Positions 55,409-64,000 of a DNA stretch of 64,000 nt are shown piece by piece. The stretch's first letter is position 1, and each line of letters opens with the position of its first letter. The DNA lies in NCBI RefSeq assembly GCF_006345805.1, contig NC_042997.1, forward strand, positions 47,430,001-47,494,000, in the 5' to 3' direction. The notes below the pieces were generated by a model. The model was not told where the DNA came from and made no database searches. It worked only from the letters and a program-made list of their open reading frames with translations. This stretch comes from Octopus sinensis (taxonomy: Eukaryota). The translations under genes and the position numbers were made by a program.

Positions 55409-55445
55409 TATATATATATATATTATATATATATATATATGTATA

Positions 55446-55494
<49 letters not shown>

Positions 55495-55507
55495 GTATAT
55501 ATATATA

Positions 55508-55568
<61 letters not shown>

Positions 55569-55735
55569 TCATGTGCGTAGATAGTATGAAATATCTCTGG
55601 GGAAATATGTGGTATCGAATCGCTTCATTAACAACGTTAGCTTAGAAATATACAAGAAAATTGAGGAGAAAATTCGAGCGTTGATTTACCGAAGAGAGAT
55701 ATCAATCATCACAAATGAAAGATTCTAGAACTTAC

Positions 55736-55899
55736 CAAATTATCTATTTGTATTTGTAGGTATCTGTAAATTGAATCGTATATGAAACACACAAACATGT
55801 GTATCGACATATCAGTTCTTGAAAGGTTACAACCGTCATTATACTCAATACATGTTATCAAGTCAAACTTCGACAGCTGAGTATGTTTGATAAGCCACA
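55736..55899 (-). CDS. Possible further upstream exon of the host gene
   Basis: Acceptor ctcgtagtcttgcag, donor TTG|gtaagt, open frame (V)WLIKHTQLSKFDLITCIEYNDGCNLSRTD...YLQIQIDNL ending in phase 0, compatible with 41894. A 28-bp version using the acceptor at 55764 is equally possible. Confidence 0.28.
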
Positions 55900-56289
55900 C
55901 TGCAAGACTACGAGGTAACGGAAAACATTTTATGTATACATGTACGTATGTATTTATGTATGTATGCATTTATGTATGCATGCATGCATGCATGTATGCA
56001 TGTAGGTATGTCATTATTCAGTTTATTTTAAGATTTCTTGCCAATAGAGAAAGAGTCATTTTCTAACCTAGTTTCACAGCTCCTTCATTGGAATTTCTAT
56101 ACCAAAAACCAGGTATTTGTGTATGTATGTATGTATGTATGTATGTATGTATGTATGTATGTATGCATTTATGTATGTATGTATGTATGTATGTATGTAT
56201 GTACGTGTGCAGGTTGGTATGATTTGTTTTATATATGTATTCTCATGCATATAGTTGCATATGTAATCATGCTCATATATATTTAAATG

Positions 56290-56925
56290 AAAGACATCTG
56301 GAAGTTTTACAGATTTTTACAGATCCATTGATGGATGGGATCTGTAGTCTTCGAATAAACTTTCTCCTTTCTGGTTTTGAGAAGCTTAATTTCTCGTGAT
56401 TGATATTTAGGCAGGGCCCCAATAATCACAGGTATATACTTGAACTTGCAATCTGGATAGAGTAACTTCAGATTTCTCAATAGTTCAGCGTAGGTGTTCT
56501 CTTTTTCATTGATCTTCAAACATCCGCTGGGCAGCTAATTCCACAACAATACAGTTTCTCTTCTCAATCCCAAATCATTATATCACATCTGTTGTTCTTA
56601 AATTTTATTGAGGTTTTCACTGGGACATTCCACCTATACTCCTTTTTATTATGAATGGTTATAGCTTCTACCATACTGTAGGTTCATATTTCCTTGTCCA
56701 CGGGGTTAACTTTCTTACAGATTTCATTATAGCGCCCTAACAATAGCATCATGTTTCATCGATAGATGTGATGACATTTTCGGACAACTGTTTATGATGT
56801 GGGTGATACCTTCAGTGTTCACTCCACAATGACGGCATCGGTTGTCACATTTTACTGCTTTTCCTGTATCTCTTTCCCTTTTGTGCTTGAAACTTTCTGT
56901 TCCTGGATTGCAAACGCATACCCTT
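56290..56925 (-). mobile_element. RLE-clade non-LTR retrotransposon 3' fragment (zinc knuckle and restriction-like endonuclease)
   Basis: FEGYAFAIQEQ..., CRHCGVNTEGITHIINSCPKMS..KHDAIV, NNRCDIMIWD, and KINEKENTYAELLRNLKLLYPDCKFKYIPVIIGAL. Confidence 0.85.
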
Positions 56926-57548
56926 CAAAGTGTATGTATGTATGCCATTATTCAGTTTATTTCATGATTACTTGTCAATACAGAAAGAATCGCTTTCTAA
57001 CCAACATTCAAGGTTCCTTCGTCGGAATTTCAACATTAACAACAGGGTATTTTGTATGTTCGTATGTATGTATGTATGTATTTTCTTTATTCGACTGTAA
57101 TATTTTTAATGATAAGTGTTTGGCCAATTGTTTTTTTCATACAATTAAAACGAAAACTTGTCGTTGCATTATATATTTATCAGGAACCAAACATCAAAAC
57201 ACGCATAAAAAATAGCCATGGAATAACTTTTTAATCATACGCTAGAAAAAAAATCAAAGGCGTACCCATAATGCATTGCTACTCAACGCAAAGCGATTCG
57301 AACAGGTCATTCTTTAATAAATTAATTTGACGGATGAGCTGCAATAGTTTCGAAACATTAAAGAATGACAAGAATTAGCCAAGCACATTTTTTATACTAA
57401 AAGTTTAAAGAAATCCTTATAAAAATTTTTTTTCGCGAACATAGTCGTATCTTTAGTAAAATATGCTTGAAAGGGAAAATGTTCTTCACATTCATATGTA
57501 AACACGCACGCACGCATGCATACACACACATACACATACGCGCGCACA

Positions 57549-57589
<41 letters not shown>

Positions 57590-57596
57590 GTATATA

Positions 57597-57633
<37 letters not shown>

Positions 57634-57968
57634 ATGTATGTATGTATATATATATGTACGTGTTCGGTGTGCGTGTAATTACATGTCAGCTATTTTATTG
57701 AAACCATTGAAATTGGACATTGGTTTCTTAACGAGATGATGTTTTGTTGTTATTTTATATACGTGTCAGTTACTCTTGAGTTTGTTTATAGTCCAATGTC
57801 GGAAAGACAGAAACCGTATGTCGTATGTATGTCGAATTTGTCTTTGTAAACAACTACGAAAATGTCAATGCGTCGCACTATGAATCTACTAGAACTTTCA
57901 TCGTACGTTATTATTCTCAATCACGACATCATATATGCATATATAGAAATATGCAATATATATATATA

Positions 57969-58420
57969 TACGACCCCCGTCCAATGGACGGTGCTGAGTT
58001 GTCAAACATTTAAACCAAATTTTCTCAAAACAGCTTGTTCGACCGTCCCATATACATCTGCTTTGAGAAACACTGATTTAACCTAAATTTGAGACACCAG
58101 CTAAAATAAGAAATAAAGATAGACTTTTTTTCTATTCCAAAGAAAACCGATTTTATTCACACAAATATGCAACCGAAGAGTTTAAAGAACCAGTAAGTAC
58201 ATCGCAATAGCTGATATACTTGCATGTACAAATGCACGCTCCCACGGCTTTATCGATCGCATTCTCACCTGGAATCGAATTTTGTAGTATAGTCAAATCT
58301 TATACACGCCCTGATACCGTCGGTATCTACATATCAAATTTGAGCGCCATCGGATGGAGGATGCCCGAGATCCTAGAAGACACACACACAGACAGACAGA
58401 ACGGATTATATAATATATAA
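57969..58420 (-). mobile_element. Non-autonomous Helitron-like element
   Basis: The minus-strand 5' end is ttatatattataatccgttctgtctgtctgtgtg...; near the 3' end is the perfect hairpin ccgtcca-a-tggacgg; it lies in (TA)n. Confidence 0.6.
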
Positions 58421-58454
<34 letters not shown>

Positions 58455-58457
<3 letters not shown>

Positions 58458-58815
58458 CTCTTTTCTCTTTTTTACTCTTTTACTTGTTTCAGTCATTTGA
58501 CTGCGGCCATGCTGGAGCACCGCCTTTTAGTACTATTCTATCGGTCCTTTTGCCGACCGCTAAGTAACGGGGACATAAGCACACCAGCATCGGTTGTCAA
58601 GCAATGCTAGGGGGACAAACACAACACACCCATACATACATATATATATATATACGACAGGCTTCTTTCAGTTTCCGTCTACCAAATCCACTCACAAGGC
58701 TTTGGTCGGCCGGGGCTACAGTAGAAGACCTTGCCCAAGATGCCACGCAGTGGACTGAACCCGGAACCATGTGGCAGGTAGACAAGCTACTACCACACAG
58801 CCACTCCTGCGCCTA
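58455..58815 (-). mobile_element. SINE family A (small internal deletions)
   Basis: Homologous to 21185-21590. Confidence 0.92.
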
Positions 58816-59199
58816 TATATGTGTACATGCATACATACATATACATATATACAGCTTATATGTATATAAGGGCAGGTGAATTAGTAAACAGCGTAGCGAG
58901 TGATCAAAAGTAGATTCATGAAACCTTTCAACAAGAAGTGTAATGTAGCATCTGTCGATGAGAAAGAAGACGTAAATAATGGGGCAAGTCAATTCCGAGA
59001 AGGTCTGTATAGGCTTGCCATTTTATCCAGGGACATGGACAGCTTGACATCTGCATTTTATCCAATGCGTCTACACCCGAAGGACCCAACAATGAGACAC
59101 GTACAAGGATACGCCTTCATTAATGAAACATCCCCAGGAGTAAATAGGACATATGCATAGAACGTGTCATACCCCAATACCCAAAGTTTATATATACAC

Positions 59200-59263
59200 A
59201 GTTAGCGTTGATAGTAGATCGTGGCGTGTGTGGGTGTGTGTGAATGTGCATGTATATAAATAT

Positions 59264-59320
<57 letters not shown>

Positions 59321-59750
59321 GGTGGGTGTATGTATATATATGTAGGTAAATGGATAGGTAATGGAGAAGTGGATATACGGATAGATAGGTACATAGGTAA
59401 TGCGGACAGACAGGCACACACACATACATATATGCATGCATACATACATACATACATACACATACACATACATACATACATACATATAAACATACAAATG
59501 AAAACTGAAACACATGACCATATACACACACGCACACTTCACACAAGACAATATACAGACACACAAAAATATGCACACACAGAGAGACAGAGGTACACAC
59601 ACATACACACACAAGCACATGTATATACAGAATACATAAATACATATATACACAAACGAGCACACATGCACACATATATGCATAAACGCACACACACATG
59701 CATACATATATATAGATATATATGCATACATACATACATACATGCATACA

Positions 59751-59806
<56 letters not shown>

Positions 59807-59915
59807 TACATATATACATACATATATACATACATACATACATACATACATACATACATACATACATACATACATACATACATACATACATACATACATG
59901 CATATATATATATAA
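59200..59915. repeat. Compound (TA)/(CA)/(TACA)n low-complexity tract
   Basis: Seen directly in the sequence. Confidence 0.9.
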
Positions 59916-60049
59916 CACAAGTTTATATCATCTGTTCCCAACGCGCATTTCACCATTATGGTTGTCTGCAAGATCTGCATTCGGTGATCCAATCCTTATT
60001 GCATGTTGATCCACCGCCTATTATCGAGGAGCATTATAGTATTGTGTGA

Positions 60050-60655
60050 AGACGGCGCGCTGCTTCGCGGTAAATGCTTAGCGGTGTTTCGTCTGCCGTT
60101 ACGTTCTGAGTTCAAATTCCGCCGAGGTCGACTTTGCCTTTCATCCTTTCGGGGTCGATAAATTAAGTACCAGTTACGCACTGGGGTCGATATAATCGAT
60201 TTAATCTATTTGTCTGTCCTTGTTTGTCCTCTCTGTGTTTAGTCCCTTGTGGGTAGTAAAGAAATAGGTATTTCGTCTGCCGTTACGTTCTGAGTTCAAA
60301 TTCCGCCGAGGTCGACTTTGCCTTTCATCCTTTCGGGGTCGATAAATTAAGTACCAGTTGCGTACTGGGTCTATCTAATCGACTGGCCCCCTCCTTCAAA
60401 ATTTCTGGCCTACTGCCTAGAGTAGAAAAAGATTATAGTATTGTGTGAAGGCGGGGAGCTGCTTCATGGTAAATGCTTAGTGGTATTTCGCCTGTCATTA
60501 CGTTTTGAGTTCAAATTCTGTCGGGGTCGACATTGCTTTCATCCTTTCGGGGTCGATGAATTAAGTACCAGTAGCGTATTAGGGTCGATCTAATCGACTG
60601 GCTCCCTCCCCCAAAATGTTGCGCCTTCTACCTAGAGTAGAAAAGATTATTGTAT
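60050..60655 (+). mobile_element. Tandem array of three SINE family B units (young/old chimera)
   Basis: Three occurrences of ttctgagttcaaattc..ccgaggtcgactttgcctttcatcctttcggggtcgat at about 60100, 60290 and 60500. Confidence 0.92.
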
Positions 60656-61212
60656 TGTGCTACACAGATCCAAGTATTTACATAAATATTTGTTTGTGAA
60701 TGTGTGTTTTTGAGCGTTTGTGAATATGTGTGCATGTGTGTGTGGGTGTTTGTGAATGTGTGTGTGTTTCGTGCACGCGCATGTGTATGAAGGAAAGATT
60801 TTAAGTGATAAACAAATAAACGTTTATAAAATGTAAGTCAGTTGTCAGAAACGTCACGGATTGCGTCTTTCTATCTAGAGTGAAGGTTTCGCATTGTGTT
60901 CTTAGCCATCAAAATAAATTTCACCGGGATATTAAAGCCTTTGGTGCTATGGCTGATAAATAAACACATCACTATATCTCTCTTACATTACGGAAAACGA
61001 GTTGGCGGAACATCTTAACTCTGTAAGATTGACACAAGTGACAGCCTGGCATCGCCAAATGAGTGGATGGAATGCCATCGCACAAAGCCTAACAACACTA
61101 GATTGATGTTTATGGTTTCTCTTTCTCTCTTTCGCTTTCTCCTTCTCTCTTTTCCTTCCCATCCTCCCCTCCCTCTCTCTCTATGTAACTATCTATCTCT
61201 CTGTAAGAACAC

Positions 61213-61376
<164 letters not shown>

Positions 61377-62236
61377 TATATACATATAGAGCTCTAAATA
61401 GGCGGATACAGTATATGTGTGCTTGCTGCGTGTGTATGCTTATATATCTACGTATGTGTGCATTTATATTTCTGTCTGCATATGAGCGTTAGGTGTGGAT
61501 TATAAAATTTCATCTAGAAATATTTAATATTTTATATTTGATAGACCCCTGTATCGAAAGTGACTCATAAATTAAGGAAACTATCTTTGTTTCTCAATCT
61601 AGAATTCTTACTATTAAAAACGAAACAATAATTTAACGAAAACAAATTTTTGAACCGAAAACTCTCCCGTGCATACGGATATACGTGTTGTTGGTTGCTT
61701 AGAAACAAATGCACTTTCCATAATGAAAGATGCTTCTGATATATTAATAAATATACTTATCGTGTCGACTTCGCGTAATTGATATTAATTATACAAATTC
61801 CATTGTATCTTTTGTACTTATCTTGTTGTTAATGTTGTTCAACTGACTAATACATGAACGAAATACGTTGTAGAATGATGTTTGTTTCCGCAGCATTATT
61901 TTCATTCTTTTCTAATAATGTAATAGATATGTACTGAGAAACAGGGATAAAAAAAAAAATAGACAGATACAAAGACTGGGGAGACAGATAACCGTCTCTC
62001 TTTCTTATTTAGGTACATGGACTGCGAGTACATTAACAGAATTAAATTTCTGAAATTGAAATTTGATTTCAGGGCAACCAGTACAATAGATACGATACCG
62101 ATCAACGTTTTTTTACATGTATTTCGTGAAATTACAAAGTATATAGTAGGCGCTGCAAAAATATTAGTAAAATTTCATATAACATACGCAAACATAGACA
62201 CAAATACATAAACTAGCTGCTAGCATTAATATATAT

Positions 62237-62284
<48 letters not shown>

Positions 62285-62286
<2 letters not shown>

Positions 62287-62400
62287 AGCCGAGACACCCG
62301 GCGTTACCCGGAAGTGAAATTATTCTTCATATATCGGAAGTAAATGTATGTTGTATAGAAATTTATTATTCTAAATGTAATTTAGTCTTCAGCTGGGAAA
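62285..62400 (-). mobile_element. Helitron 3'-end fragment
   Basis: Minus strand ...ccgggtaacgccgggtgtctcggCTGG|T: hairpin plus CTRR end. Confidence 0.55.
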
Positions 62401-62407
62401 TCAATTT

Positions 62408-62409
<2 letters not shown>

Positions 62410-62472
<63 letters not shown>

Positions 62473-62481
62473 TAATAATAA

Positions 62482-62524
<43 letters not shown>

Positions 62525-62572
62525 TTGAACCTATTATAATTATTATCATTATTATTATTATTATTATTATTA

Positions 62573-62603
<31 letters not shown>

Positions 62604-62687
62604 GAGTGAGAAAGCAGTTCACGCCATCAAAGTGACACTGGGGTAAAATATACGAAGCCCAATATACCCATCATGACTACCCGTCTG

Positions 62688-62738
<51 letters not shown>
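62410..62738. repeat. (TAA)n switching to (TTA)n, interrupted by an 84-bp unique segment (62604-62687)
   Basis: Seen directly. The unique segment gagtgagaaagcagttcacgccatcaaagtgacactgggg... is flanked on both sides by (ATT)n. Confidence 0.9.
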
Positions 62739-62739
<1 letters not shown>

Positions 62740-63507
62740 TATGTTTGAATTTTGCTTTATGTCTGTACAAGTTGGCTCCAAATCTCACCCAGAGACCTTA
62801 AGAGACAACAGGTTGGAAGTTCACGTTGTTGTTATGCCTAGTGTGCCATATATTTGTTTTTTATTGGTGTTGTACTAGTGAATGTCTAATACATACATCT
62901 TTAAAAAAAAGTTTGTTTTAAACCTTGGGATTACATAGAGAGTATTTTGCGTAGGATATGAGCAGTTCCCATGAGCACTATCTTTTGAATTTCTGCCATT
63001 TTGGGGTTTCCTGGTATCTGAGTTAGGTAGCAATCAGCCCCTTTTGCTATCATTCCCAAGGCACCTATGACAACAGGTATTGTTTTAGTCTTCATGTTCC
63101 ACATTTTGCTGATTTCTATTTCAAGATATTTATATTTGCTCAGTTTTTGGTAGGTCTTGACAGATACGTTTATATCGATTGTGACAGTCATATCAATGAG
63201 GAGGCATGTTCTTTGTCTGAAGCCTTTCAATATGGTGTCTGGCCTATTTGCATCTATCTTTCTGTCAGTTTGAATGGTGAAGTTCCAGAGGAGTGAGATC
63301 TGGTCATTTTCAAGCACTGGAGGTGGATTGTGTTCCCACCAGTTTTTTTCATGTGGCAAATCCAAGTTTTTGCAAATTACCCACTGAATATATTGTGCAG
63401 CTCTGTCATGCCTGTTGAGGTACTCTGTAGGCGCTAGAAGACTGCATTTGGAGACAACATGATCAATGGTTTCATTTTGTTGTCGGCATACACGACATGT
63501 TGGGCTA
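62739..63507 (-). mobile_element. R4/Dong-like non-LTR retrotransposon 3' end (CCHC knuckle, RLE domain, 3' UTR, (TAA)n tail)
   Basis: SPTCRVCRQQNETIDHVVSKCSLLAPTEYLNRHD...WNFTIQTDRKIDANRPD...LLIDMTV...KLSKY...IPVVIGALG...LRKILSM*. This part is stop-free, and the element ends in (TAA)n. Confidence 0.92.
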
Positions 63508-64000
63508 TGGACGAACATATCAGCATACGGAGAAAGTTTAGGAACAGTAGAAATTAGGAGTGGCATCTTCCGAGCGGACTGCCTGTCCCCACTGACCTTT
63601 GTACTGTGCTTGATACCACTAACACTGATTCTGAGGAAAGCAAAAGCTGGGTATGTATTTAAAAGCCGCCAACAAAATGTCAACCATTTGTTATTCATGG
63701 ATGCCCCCAAACTTTATGGTAAAGATGAAACCCAAATCAGTCCCTTCGTTGATACGGATTATAACTTCAGTGCTGATATCAAAATGGAGTTCGGACTGAG
63801 AAAGAGTGGCGTGTTAGTCTTGAAGAGAGGAAAAATCAAATGTATGGACGGGCTAACGATACCGTCGGGGGAGGTTATGAAGCAGATAGAAGAGACGGGC
63901 TATAAGTAATTGAGGGATTTTGGAAATGGATAAATTGATGGAGAAAGAAATGACAGAAAAATTAAAAGTGGAGTACTTGTGCAGACTGAGACTGATCCTT
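63508..64000 (+). mobile_element. R4/Dong-like RT fragment in inverted orientation, running off the window end
   Basis: WTNISAYGESLGTVEIRSGIFRADCLSPLTF (the GIFQGDSLSPL motif), NHLLFMDAPKLYGKD (the FMDD motif, degenerate), MEFGLRKS and GYK*LRDF. Confidence 0.9.

Noticed and set aside
58900-59160. 86-aa non-repetitive ORF (MIKSRFMKPF...)
   Set aside because: It has no recognisable motif, a GTG start and no convincing splice signals.

Overview
This is AT-rich, microsatellite-dense eukaryotic DNA. The SINE families present make an octopus (coleoid cephalopod) origin very likely; this is inferred from repeat content, not from a database search. Nearly all long ORFs in the supplied track are translated microsatellites. 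The window is mostly intron-like sequence filled with decayed mobile elements: two mariner copies (one full-length with TIRs and TA TSD), an internally deleted DD37D/maT element, a pogo-like MITE, a Helitron helicase remnant plus several non-autonomous Helitrons, a Penelope-like RT remnant, an RTE LINE, RLE-clade (R4/Dong-like) LINE fragments, and many copies of at least four tRNA-derived SINE families. A chain of small, phase-compatible candidate exons on the minus strand (41.9, 30.1, 26.1, 15.6 and 11.2 kb, possibly 55.8 kb) suggests a host gene for an unidentified single-pass membrane protein. Three observations stand out: (i) several short repeat families in (TA)n tracts carry minimal hammerhead-ribozyme motifs, including three different co-oriented motifs within about 430 bp at 37.7-38.1 kb; (ii) two LINEs from different clades both have a 5'-inverted, twin-priming-like geometry; (iii) a SINE dimer has the same junction at two distant loci. 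Repeat boundaries are approximate unless TIR/TSD or splice signals are quoted.
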